DNA from: Eledone cirrhosa
Lineage: Eukaryota
Assembly (NCBI GenBank): GCA_964016885.1
Contig: OZ024743.1
Location: 358,112,001-358,176,000 of the forward strand
DNA length: 64,000 bases
Direction of reading: 5' to 3'
How positions within the stretch are numbered: position 1 is the stretch's first letter; every line of letters starts with the position of its first letter. A program made the position numbers and the translations under genes. Shown piece by piece: positions 13,301-24,629 of the stretch. The notes beneath the pieces were generated by a model, which worked only from the letters and a program-made list of their open reading frames with translations, had not been told where the DNA came from and did no database searches.

Positions 13301-14023
13301 TCCAGTCACCTGCTAACACTAAAGAAAGGTCTCTAGACGTCTGAAGAAATCTGGCCGTCCTGCCTCTTTTGGAGCGTAGACGGCTACTAGCCTGAATGCA
13401 TTGCCTTCGCTGCCTGTCACGTCCAGTATCACCGACTTACCTTCTGGGTCCAGGAAGATGGCCCGTATGGCGAGATCCAAGCCTCTCCGAAAAAGCACAG
13501 CAACTCAAGCCTCCCCCACCCCCACCCCAACCCCGCACCCGGACGGCTGGGAGATGCGTATACATCGTAGCCGCCGAAGATCGGTGCGAAGTCTCGTGCT
13601 TTGGAAAATCTGGTCTCGCTGATGGGCATAGATCGTTAAGTAGGTGGCCCTGCTTCCAAGATGACCCCAGGCCACGTGTATTTATACTGCCTCTTCTAAG
13701 TAAGGCCATGTTGGGTGAGGAATGGAATAAGTGAGAAAGGATTACCTACCCTGATCGTTTATGAAAGGGACAGTCGAACCATCCCTTTGGCTGGTCATGG
13801 GTCTCTCCAAGATGATATCGGTGTATATCCTCTTGGTAACCGACCCTCTGAAGTCTCCAACTGCGTTGGGAAATTTTTCTTTTAGATGTTTATAATGTTC
13901 TATTTTAATTTCAATAATGTTTATATTTTTCGAGAAAGTTCTTGGTGTTGGTGGGGTGTAGTAATTTTTGTCTGTAATGTCTGTGCGCTGCTTTATATGT
14001 TCTAAGAGTTCTTTATTTGCCAT
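10321..14023 (-). mobile_element. Degenerate Tx1/L1-clade LINE, copy 2, truncated within ORF1
   Basis: Fragments homologous to copy 1 (GSINTRGL, GDWNG, GPDYWKLN, KSPGLDG, FRPITLLN, FPNAVGDFR); many frameshifts and an RT deletion near 12135. Confidence 0.9.
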
Positions 14024-14056
14024 GTTTATGGCAAATAAAGAACTCTTTAATAATAA

Positions 14057-14195
14057 TTGTTTCTACTTTTGGCACAAGGCCAGCAATTACCCAGTACATG
14101 ACTGGTACTTTATTTTATCGACCCCGTAAGGATGAAAGGCAAAGTTAACCTCGGCAGGATTTGAACTCAGAATGGAAAGGGTCGTAACTCTATGC
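14057..14195 (-). mobile_element. tRNA-derived SINE, 5'-truncated
   Basis: Same family as 17351-17540. Confidence 0.85.
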
Positions 14196-14230
14196 GTCAA
14201 TGATAGTAATAATATATATATATATATATA

Positions 14231-15063
14231 GTCTATCAAAGTTCTTTCCTCACACATCTGTGACATCATCAGTGGTACTATTATGTTTCAGGGTGAAAAT
14301 ACAAATAACATGTACGTCCTATTTACTTATCAGTTTGTATTGGCGTATATGGGCGAAAGGAATTAGGTTGGAGATAGTTTGTCCTTAGGAAAACCGGATT
14401 ATAGACAGAGGGTAGATGGTGACACCCAGAGAGCAGAAATGTGTGGTGGGGTAGATAGTCAGGATTGGATTCTGTCAACGTATATTATCTCGCTAAATAG
14501 TTAGTGGTTAGATACTTGGATTAGAACTAAGGAAGTGAGAATGGGGCATGGGCCCAAACGCTATGTTAGTGTGGGTCTGGGATATTTTTAGATGATAATT
14601 GAGACAAGAAGAGAAGAAGCGAGGAGAGAGAAGAGATAGGTGCAGTGGGCGGGATCTGTGTCTCTGGGACTCTGTGTGGTAGGGTTGCTATCCATATAGC
14701 TTGAGGAAATTTTCCGTCCTTAGGTGTCGACATGCACCAAAGAAATCTGCCCTGCAATTGATTATATTTATTCCACCATTGAGTATCTCGAGGGTCTCAC
14801 TCAGACAGAGGCTGCAAATACCAGAGCCACCTTCCTCCAGAGGTACTTCCCTAACCTTGGACCAGACCAAAGAGTACGGGGTCTTGTCCAGCTTGAGCTT
14901 CCAGATCAGTTCGGAAAGGGTCGCACTTTTCCGTTTGTCAATCCTATTAAAGGAGTGGCGGTGATTATACCACCTGTCATTGAAGCTCGTCGACGTTGTT
15001 CCTATGTATATATGTGTCGAGTATGGTGGATTATACCATGTTTTTCTATGTCTAGTCCTAGGT
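14231..15063 (-). mobile_element. Penelope-like element 3' fragment (GIY-YIG endonuclease + 3' region)
   Basis: WYNPPYST joined to IYIGTTSTSFNDRWYNHRHSF, LSELIWKLK, CSLCLSE; ends at (TA)n. Confidence 0.8.
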
Positions 15064-15064
15064 G

Positions 15065-15152
<88 letters not shown>

Positions 15153-15315
15153 CGTGCAACAATTCATGTGTGTCTACAATTACCCAGTGCATTACTGGTA
15201 CTTCAATAATAATGATAATATATATGTATATATATAGAGATGCATCGCCACCCCACCCACCGCACACACATACACACAAACACACACACACACACGCACA
15301 CACACACACACACAA

Positions 15316-15386
<71 letters not shown>

Positions 15387-15589
15387 TGTATGTATAGTAT
15401 ATTTGGCAATATACCGAATGTTTAATTAAAACATTTTGAAGACCTTACGCTATCAGTTTTAAAGTAGTGACTATGACACTTACTTCTTTTCTTCGGCGAA
15501 AGAGGGGACAGAAGCTAACAAACTGTCTGTTTCACGCTGTTGGCAATAATCAGAGCAACGTAGCGGATTTAGAGAGAGAGAAAAATCCA

Positions 15590-16220
15590 TACATAGATAA
15601 CACCCGAATCCGCCAACCGTAATAGGCGTGTAATCATAAATTGATATAACCCCCCATTCAACTTAACAGTATTCACACCAGTAGCTAGGAACTTCTTTGC
15701 ACTACTAAAGAAGCACAACTCCACACAGCAATCTTAATAGAAACACTATTAGACTTTCATACTCCACCACACTTAGCTAACTTAGCTAGGAACATAGCCA
15801 ACATTAACGTTCCCAAGGTGGTTAGAAGGCATTGTGTAATTGTCCTGATACGAACACTTGCCCACTCGACAGATAGTGCCTATGTGTATAAAATGCGATG
15901 TCGTTACTAACAACTCAACGACGACATATATCGGTATGACTTCGAACACTTTTAATACCCGATGATATGCAGACACACACTCTGACAAAGATCACCAAAC
16001 TTCACTTGCCGCCCATGTATGGGACCTGAAGAGGAAATCAATGCCATTTACTCTGCGATAGAAAATACTCTGTAAAGGGTGCTCATACACTGGCGGACAC
16101 AAGCACTGCGAGTTATGCACTCCTGAGAGTTTTGAAATTTTGTTCACCAAAGTCCCAATACTGTAAAATCTCCCCAGTTGCGTGCACAAGATCAACGCAA
16201 TTTGTAAAAGCTTCAAACTT
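15590..16220 (+). pseudogene. Degenerate Penelope-like GIY-YIG fragment
   Basis: Manual translation across frameshifts: YNPPFNLTVFTPVARNFFALLKKH, NRNTIRLSYSTT, CNCPDTNTCPLD, TYIGMTSNTF, TSLAAHVWDLK, CELC. Confidence 0.75.
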
Positions 16221-16354
16221 ATGTAATATCCAAAACGTTTACCAGATCGACGTATTAACCCCCAAAATTGTACACCATTCTGCTACTGACTCAACCAATA
16301 ATCTGACCCTAACCGTTAGATTTATATGTGTTTATTATTTCATTATATTTATAT

Positions 16355-16450
16355 AGGTTGACTTCGCCTTTCATCCTTACGGGGTCGATAAAATAAAGTA
16401 CCAGTAATGCACTGGGTAATTGCTGGTCTTGTGCCTAAAGTAGAAACAAT
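16355..16450 (+). mobile_element. SINE 3' fragment
   Basis: Same family as 17351-17540. Confidence 0.8.
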
Positions 16451-16506
16451 TGTATTTATATTTATTATATAATCAATTATGTGTGTATATGTGAGTGAAC
16501 ATGTAA

Positions 16507-16569
<63 letters not shown>

Positions 16570-16610
16570 ATTTATTATATTTTACATTTTTATTATTATA
16601 TTGATTAGTA

Positions 16611-17289
16611 TCTAAACTATAATAAATCTGTGGGGCTGCGTACGGTTTATTATTTTTTATCCCGTTAGTAAAATAAGTTGGATTACTTTGAATAAATAAT
16701 TGTTTATACTTTTGGCACAAGGCCAGCAATTAACCAGTGTATTACTGGTACTTTATTTTATCGACCCCGTAAGGATGAAAGGCAAAGTTAGCCTCGGCGG
16801 GATTTGAACTCAGAATGGCAAGGGCCGTAACTCTATGAATAAATAATGAATGAATTTTACATAATTTATCTACTAAATTTCGTAAACAAAAATAATTTCG
16901 TAAAAATAAATAATTTACTTCTTTTCAAAGTTGCACTTCCGGTATATCGTTGCCACCACCACCACTTCAACTACCATATATATAGAAAGAGAGAGTGTGT
17001 GTTGTCAACACTTCCGGTGGCGATCACTTAAATAAACATACTAATTTTCTGTCACTAATTTTCTCCTATTCAGTTTATATATAATATTGTCTTTTTTTAA
17101 TGTATCATGGATTACGTTACTGATTACATAAGACAGTGTAACAACGTCTTCGTTCAATTTCTGTTTATATTGTCAATTACGATGTTATTTGATGTATCAT
17201 ATCTACATGTATATATACTTGCGTATAATATCAATATACACACTACACATGCTAGCAGAAAACCACCCGAAAGGTGGTTTTTATGCTCG
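16611..17289 (+). mobile_element. Non-autonomous Helitron-like element carrying a SINE insertion at about 16701-16835
   Basis: 5' TCTAAACTAT; 3' hairpin aaaaccacc/ggtggtttt then CTCG (degenerate CTAG); inverted homolog at 18035-18514. Confidence 0.65.
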
Positions 17290-17350
17290 TTATATTAAAT
17301 ATTAATCATTATTATGTTTTTTTATTATGATTTTTATTATTAATAATCTA

Positions 17351-17540
17351 AGGCGGTGGATTGGCAGTATCGGTAGAGGGTCGGACGCCATGCTTTCCAG
17401 CATAGTTACGTCCCTTTACGATCTGAGTTCAAATCCCGCCGAGGTTGACTTTGCCTTTCATCCTTACGGGGTCGATAAAATAAAGTACCAGTAATGCACT
17501 GGGTAATTGCTGGCCTTGTTCTTAAAGTAGAAACAATTAT
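17351..17540 (+). mobile_element. Full-length tRNA-derived SINE with Meta-like central domain and (ATT)n tail
   Basis: A-box-like TGGCAGTATCGG, B-box GAGTTCAAATCC, core gttgactttgcctttcatccttacggggtcgataaaataaagtacc; many copies in the window. Confidence 0.88.
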
Positions 17541-18034
17541 TAATAATCTCAACTCTTATCAAGTTTAAAACCCAATTAAAAGGCTAGAGACAGTCGAAAT
17601 AAATGTAAACTATTCAAATTTACCTAGAGGCTGGTTAATTTGAGGGGGAAGTGTGCCATTCCTGGATGCCCTCGAAGCATCTTATAGACGCATACGTATA
17701 TGTATTCAGGTATGTAAGAGCGAACACCTTAATTCTATTTTCCGACTGGGCCAGCCGATAGCTCTATATGCAAATGAGGCTAATCAGCCCATGTATATAG
17801 GTGTCAAAACTATGTGTTCACCTATATTGAGTTTCAGCAGAGAGAACTGACTTGATAACGACCAGATTCTAAAACAACGTCGTCGTCAGTTACCCACCCT
17901 TTGCTTCTGCTGGAATCCGCTAGATGGCTCTACGTCGTCAGTTTCTAAATTCATAGCTGAAGGCTTTCACAATGTTTATTCGCAAACATACCGTATATCG
18001 CTAGATATACAAAATATGCATACTTATACATATA

Positions 18035-18514
18035 CTAGCAGAAAAACCACCCATGGGGTGGTTTTCTGCTAGCATGTGTAGTGTGCATATTGATATTATA
18101 CGCAAGTATATGTGCATGTAGATATGATACATCAAATAAAATCGTAATTGACAATATACACAGAAATTGAACGAAGACTACGTTACACTGTCTTATGTAA
18201 TCAGTAACTTAATCCATGATACATTAAAAAAAGACGATATTATATATAAACCACATTAGGAGATAATTAGTGACAGAAATATATGAATATATTTTTTAAC
18301 GATCGCTAACCGGAAGTGTTGACATTTGAACATTTTAAAGAAGTGAATCTTTAAATAAGTAATAAAATATATTTAATGAACAGCCACGAAATTTAGGAGA
18401 TAAATTATGTAATATTCATTCATTATTTATTCAAAGTAATCCAACTTATTTTACAAACGGTATAAAAAAATATATTCTGCGTGCAGTTCCGCACTCCTTA
18501 CTTTATAGTTTAGA
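18035..18514 (-). mobile_element. Non-autonomous Helitron-like element, inverted relative to 16611-17289
   Basis: 5' TC at 18514, subterminal hairpin and CTAG at 18035-18038, A|T insertion context. Confidence 0.7.
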
Positions 18515-18553
18515 TACAGCTATGTTAGAGCGAACACCTTAATTAAATATATA

Positions 18554-18870
18554 TCTATATTAATAAAGCTGACGGCCGTATGTAACAAACTTTTGGCAAA
18601 ACGACTGGACCAAACAGCACCAAATTTGCACCATAGATGTAACTTTTTCCAAGAAAGAAAGTGAGGGTATTTTTGTCTACTAAATTTCGTTATTATTGAT
18701 TAATGATATTTTATTATTTATCTAAAGATTCACTTCTTTAAAATTTTCAAATATCAACACTTCTGGTTAGCGATCGCTTAAATAAACATTCATATATTTT
18801 TCAGTTTATATATAATATCGTCTTTTTTTATGTATCATGGATTAAATTTCTGTGTATATTGTTAATCTCT
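18554..18870 (+). mobile_element. Helitron-like 5' fragment
   Basis: Starts TCTATATTAATAAAGCTGA; internal similarity to the 16611/18035 family. Confidence 0.5.
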
Positions 18871-18921
18871 ATCTATATTAATAAATCTGACTACATTACT
18901 GGTATTTTATTATATATAATA

Positions 18922-19578
18922 CTAGCAGTGGTACCCGGCGTTGCACGGGATAAGGTATTTTGGAACGCGGGTCGCCAATAGACCTAATCGTGGTAAAACT
19001 GCATGCCTGGACAATATGTAAAGAAAATAAACCGAATACTCTGATGCAATTACTATTAGGTATGCTTCTCCTTCCACATGGAGAAAATCGGCTTGGTGCT
19101 TTTGTACTTTAATAAAGTGGCATGAGTCAGCAGGACAGATGTCACCACTTATATCATAGGGAAGTCTGCAATGCTTGAGCAAGGCATGACGTGCAATCGG
19201 ACAGCATGTGGAGCCTTCTCCAAGGAGTCCACCGCACCATAGTAAGTAAACGCAACTGGATAAACGTTTATCAAACTGTGGGTATGATTTACAATTTTAA
19301 AGAGGAATGGTGCATTAAAATGGGCTCCGAGGCGTGTGCGCGTTTACTGGAAGCCCTAAATGAAAGGGTCGCCATCAACTATTTCAAGGACCGTGTATGC
19401 CGTGTATGCCGTGTATGCCGTGTATGCCGTGTATGCCGTTCACTGGCACCCCAGTAAGGAGAGGTAACCATCAACAATTTCAAGTGGTGGCCCTAAAAAC
19501 GCAGTTTTTCACTTAATGTGGGCCCTAGGGGAACAAAAAGTTGAATTTTTTTATGCGCATAACACTCCCTGAAACATA

Positions 19579-19630
<52 letters not shown>

Positions 19631-19653
19631 CCTCTATTTTATATATATATAGA
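18922..19653 (-). mobile_element. Non-autonomous Helitron
   Basis: 5' TCTATATATATAT at 19653; 3' hairpin cccgtgcaacgccggg then taccactgCTAG ending 18922; between A and T; internal (CCGTGTATG)5 and (CA)n. Confidence 0.8.
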
Positions 19654-19654
19654 T

Positions 19655-20942
19655 TTTCTACAATACTAAGCGGTAAAATAGTAACTTTTTTTCTCGTAAA
19701 GGCTGCCTTGTAGTATGTTGATATAAACTATTTACTCACAGTTGTATAAATAACATTACAAATCATTTATAATTCTTACAAAATATAAAATTTACACACA
19801 AATAAAATAAACAATACTTTATTTCTTAAGTAATTCGCATAAAAATATAAAATCAAAACGAAAAAATAATGATATAAGGTTGTTGCGGCTTAAAGCGATG
19901 TTTTTATTTACCGGCTTTCATTTTAGAGTTGTGTGAAATATATAACCTGCAAACCGGATTTTTGAATCGCAGCAGGATCGACTTTATTTCACTCGCTCTA
20001 CTAATGTACAATGTTAGGTAGGGAGCAACTCCACGTCGTATTTCTCACCCACCCTAGAACAATGTGCACGATGTCTATGTAATGAGAAAGACAAATTTTA
20101 AAAAAGAAAATGGAAACGTCCTAACCGGGTGGGGAGATTGGGTGGTGGTACAGCGAGAGCGTTAAGGGGGTAGGGGGTAATTCGAACGCCTTAGCTAAGC
20201 TTAGTATTGTCACAACCACGGCTGGCAAAGAAGTAAGGGTCTGGTGGTACGTAAGCAACACTGTGAAAACTGAAGCTATTAGCAGCTAAATACATTTGCT
20301 TAAAACGTGAGGAAAAAGTTGTGTGCACTTACCAACTGTCTGGGGAATGAGTGTGAGATTTGCCTTGAGCAGGGGTGGCAGAACAACCGGAGGCAGTGGG
20401 CCGTAAGTGGTAATTCTGCACGCAGAGGGAATTGTGGGAAGATGATACCTGTCGCAAGTCCGTCCACGAATTGCGTCACGATTGGGCAGCTGACGTTAGT
20501 CGGGAGGTACGACGTAGGCAATTGTGGGAAGTTCGAGCGGGGGGGAGCATGTTTATGTAGGGATTTTGGGGGCGATTCCAAAAAATGAATTTTTTTTATG
20601 TGCATAATATGCCTTGAAATTTCGGGAAATCGGCTAGACGTAACGCCTCAAAAAAGCCCTAAAAAGCTGAAAAAGTGAAGTTTTTCACCTAATGTGGGGC
20701 CCTAGACCATAAAAAGTTGGGGTTTCTTTGCTCACGGTACGAAGAGATTGATTAATACATAGTTACAATTTCAAAGAAATCGGTCTGACGTAACGCCTCA
20801 AAAAACCCTAAAAACCTGAAAAAAAAGCAGTATTTCCCTAGGAGAACAAAAAGTTGGATTTTTTATGTGCATAAGTAATACATGTAAAGTTTGAAAAAAA
20901 TCGGTTGGGCACTTCTCGAGTTTTAGGGATTCAAACTCACAG

Positions 20943-20994
<52 letters not shown>

Positions 20995-21033
20995 ACACAC
21001 ACACAGAGACATCCTCAGTTTTATATATATAGA
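19655..21033 (-). mobile_element. Related Helitron-like segment with its own 5' end
   Basis: 5' TCTATATATATAAAACTGAGGATG at 21033 parallels that at 19653; shared internal blocks (19490-19570 vs 20660-20720); no clear 3' CTAG of its own. Confidence 0.55.
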
Positions 21034-21049
21034 TATTTATATATTCGTG

Positions 21050-21739
21050 TACATATTTTCAACAGTAATACTGTACTATATATTTTCAACAGTAATACTA
21101 TACTATATATTTTCAACAGTAGTACTGTACTATATATTTTCAACAGTAATACTGTACTATACTATATATTTTCAACACTAACACTGTACTATATATTTTC
21201 AACAGTAATACTGTACTATATATTTTCAACAGTATACTATACTATATATTTTCAACAGTAATATTATATTATATATTTTCAACAGCAATACTGTACTATA
21301 TATTTTCAACAATAATACTATACTATACTATATATTTTCAACAGTAATACTATACTATACTATATATTTTCAACAGTAATACTATACTATACTATATATT
21401 TTCAACAGTAATACTATACTATACTATATATTTTCAACAGTAACACTGTACTGTATATTTTCAACAGTAATACTATACCATATATTTTCAACAGTAATAC
21501 TATACTATATGTTTTCAACAGTAATACTATACTATACTATATATTTTCAACAGTAATACTATACTATATATTTGCAACAATAATACCGTACTATATATTT
21601 TCAACATTAATACTATACAACACAGACGGCTTATCGTCTGCTTATCCAAGCGAAGCTAGGTACGTCAGCTATATATATATATCTGGATGTCGTAGAACAC
21701 GCCAATGGTAGCCGGGCGCCAGCCGGACGGGCCAGCTAG
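21050..21739 (+). mobile_element. Helitron-like element with an internal 27-32 bp minisatellite (tattttcaacagtaatactatactata)n
   Basis: About 20 tandem units, then hairpin ccaagcgaagctagg and terminal CTAG at 21736-21739. Confidence 0.65.
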
Positions 21740-21745
21740 TATATA

Positions 21746-21840
<95 letters not shown>

Positions 21841-21843
<3 letters not shown>

Positions 21844-22224
21844 GAATTCGAAGTTTGATGACACGACATGCGGGTTTGAACGGAGAATAATTAAATCGTA
21901 AGGAACAGGGGTTGTTTTTTTACCTTAATTTATTCGTATGTCCTGATATTTCGAGATTAATATCTCTTCTTCCGAGGAAAATAAAGGAACTATTCCAGTG
22001 ACCGGTGTGGCTTGCTATACCATGCTGGCCGAATAGTTCCTTTATTTTCCTTAGAAGAAGAGATATTAATCTCGAAATATCAGAGCATACGAATAAGTTA
22101 AGGTAAAAAAAAACAACCTCTGTTCCTTACGATTTAATTATTCTCCGTTCAAACTCGCATTGTCGTGGCTTTCAAACTTCGAATTCTTTATACCATATAC
22201 AATGCTTCAAGTAAACTACAAATC

Positions 22225-22226
<2 letters not shown>
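21841..22226. mobile_element. Palindromic PLE-terminus-like mini-element in (TA)n (family A)
   Basis: About 155 bp inverted arms 21841-21995 and 22031-22190, each with a hammerhead motif. Confidence 0.75.
21941..21978 (-). ncRNA. Minimal type I hammerhead ribozyme, CGGAAGA core variant
   Basis: tcct-CGGAAGA-a-gagat atta atctc-GAAA-ta-TC-agga. Confidence 0.6.
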
Positions 22227-22315
<89 letters not shown>

Positions 22316-22484
22316 AAAAATGGGGTGCTGCGTGGTTGCACATGGGTTACATATGAATAAAATTAGTCCTTCATCAGTGATTTCCCAACCTTCATTGGTA
22401 TTTCATCGCTTTAAAAGTCATATACCTCTGGTTGGTGCGAGCAATAATTAAATAAAGTTATTGGGACAAGTAAACTTCGAATTC

Positions 22485-22517
<33 letters not shown>

Positions 22518-22608
22518 CGAAAGAAATGTGGTAAGGAACCAGGTGGACCATAACGCACCAAAGTACTCAATACTTAGGGTAGTAGAGTGGGTAATAGGAA
22601 CGAGTAGG

Positions 22609-22702
22609 ACCCCGACGGCTGAGCTCAAGCCATTTCGACGGCTAATTCAGGACTAAGTGAAAATTTATCCTGGTATTTGAATAGCCGAACTTCTCAAGGG
22701 GT
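22609..22702 (-). ncRNA. Type I hammerhead ribozyme (U3:A8 variant), left-arm copy
   Basis: Reverse complement of 23369-23462 with one U-G wobble in stem III. Confidence 0.7.
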
Positions 22703-23368
22703 AATTCCATATATGGTCAAAGTGATTATCACAGGGATTGGTCAAAAAGTTAGTAGTTGAGACATAATAATTCTATGATGGCAATTTGTGGGGGGAAGGG
22801 GTAGCTAAACCTGCCAGTAGGAGAAAGAGGGAGAGGGGGAGGAGGAGACCCATTCATGCGTTGATAGTGCCGGCTACAGCTGGGCGTGAGTCAAAGGAGA
22901 TACTAGGGAGGGGGATGGGGAGGAAGTCGAAACAGTAAGTAGAACAATGAGGGGTAAATATATGGAAAAAAAAAGAAAAAAAAAACAGTGTTAAAAAGCT
23001 ATTAAATGTAAAAAAGAAAATAAATGAATTCTGGTTACTACGACCTAAATCTTTCACTATTGTTGTGCTAAAGAAATATATTATATATATATATTTTTTT
23101 TTAAATATATATTTACCCCTCATTGTTCTACTTACTGTTTCGACTTCCTCCCCATCCCCCTCCCTAGTATCTTCTTTGACCTCACGCCCAGCTGTAGCCG
23201 GCACTATCAACGCATGAATGGGTCTCCTCCACCCCCTCTCCCTCTTTCTCCTACTGGCAGGTTTAGCTACCCCTTCCCCCCACAAATTGCCATCATAGAA
23301 TTATTATGTCTCAACTACTAACTTTTTGACCAATCCCTGTGACAATCACTTTGCCCATATATGGAATT

Positions 23369-23462
23369 ACCCCTTGAGAAGTTCGGCTATTCAAATACCA
23401 GGATAAATTTTCACTTAGTCCTGAATTAGCCGTCGAAACGGCTTGAGCTCAGCCGTCGGGGT
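23369..23462 (+). ncRNA. Type I hammerhead ribozyme (U3:A8 variant)
   Basis: acccc-TTGAGAA-g..cggcta...tagccg.c-GAAA-cggct tgagctc agccg-TC-ggggt; predicted cleavage after 23457. Confidence 0.72.
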
Positions 23463-23472
23463 CCTACTCGTT

Positions 23473-23512
<40 letters not shown>

Positions 23513-23728
23513 TAAACGGAATAGAAAATGCTGACAAATTGTTCACAGTTGAAAAATGGTTTAATTAGGAATAAAAGAGTATTAGTGATTGTATGGGTTA
23601 GTATTCAGTTGTGGTTTTAAGTTTTTAAGTTTTTACCGGTTGCGCATTTCTAAATGCTTTTCAAAAATTATTTTGAGATAGAGTGTCCGTGCTGTTTGCT
23701 CTGATCTGATTAGTTTTGGGAATTCTAC

Positions 23729-23963
23729 CTGTTTTTATGTTAAAAAAGTGGCTCCAGCGTTATTTTTGTGTTGCAAAAATGCTTGTGGTCAAAACAATTT
23801 TGATTGGTCGGTAGAGGTCATGTGAATGTAAAAAGTTGATTTTGCGCCAAGACTGTTTTTATGTTAAAATGTTAAAAAAGTGGCTCCAGCAAAAATTCTT
23901 GGTCAAAACAATTTTGATTGGTCGGTAGAGGTCATGTGGATAAAAAATTGGTTTTGCGCCAAG
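23729..23963. repeat. Two-copy imperfect tandem duplication, about 110-125 bp
   Basis: atgttaaaaaagtggctccagc...ggtcaaaacaattttgattggtcggtagaggtcatgtg...ttttgcgccaaga occurs twice. Confidence 0.8.
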
Positions 23964-23989
23964 ATTGAGAAATGACTCTTTCACAACAA

Positions 23990-24027
<38 letters not shown>

Positions 24028-24104
24028 TAGTAGTAGTAGTAGTAAGGTGTTCGATGCTGCGACAATGGCCAGCAGCGATGTGTGTCAAATGGCTATTAAG
24101 ATAA

Positions 24105-24139
<35 letters not shown>

Positions 24140-24450
24140 GCAGAGTCATTCGAAGGTCAAAAGATATTTTTCAGCTTTTGTCTTATACGGAGAAGTGCGT
24201 GTGTGTGTGTGTGTGTGTATAAGTCTCTTTGTATGTTGATGTACGCGTGTGTATGTGTTTGTGTATATATGTGTGTGTGTGTGTGTGTGTGGGTGGACCA
24301 GTATTTTTTTCCCCCTGGTAAAATGGTGTACATTATTCGATTTTTTCAGTAAAATCGGTTCTCTTAATAGAACATCAAAAATCTTAACAATAAAAGGTGT
24401 GAAATGATATTCACTATATATATATATATATACACACACACACATATATT

Positions 24451-24487
<37 letters not shown>

Positions 24488-24629
24488 TACATACATATAT
24501 ATGCACATATATTTTCTTGTATTGCACCATAGAGCATGTGTGTTTACGTGTGTCATTGTGTTTATATGTGGGTAGAGATGTGTGCTGATGTAGGTATGTA
24601 TGTTGACGTGTGTATGTTGTGGGTTCGTC

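Larger units (their letters stand above)
22517..23476. mobile_element. Palindromic PLE-terminus-like element in (TA)n (family B)
   Basis: About 370 bp near-identical inverted arms (22595-22962, 23108-23476) around an AT-rich spacer. Confidence 0.8.

Noticed and set aside
1-14023. Segmental duplication of an R4+Tx1 unit
   Set aside because: Unequal divergence of the two element pairs, different truncations and an intervening SINE favour independent insertions
21050-21610. CRISPR-like regular repeats (also 34906-35178 and 61950-62200)
   Set aside because: Head-to-tail units without unique spacers, eukaryotic context, no cas genes
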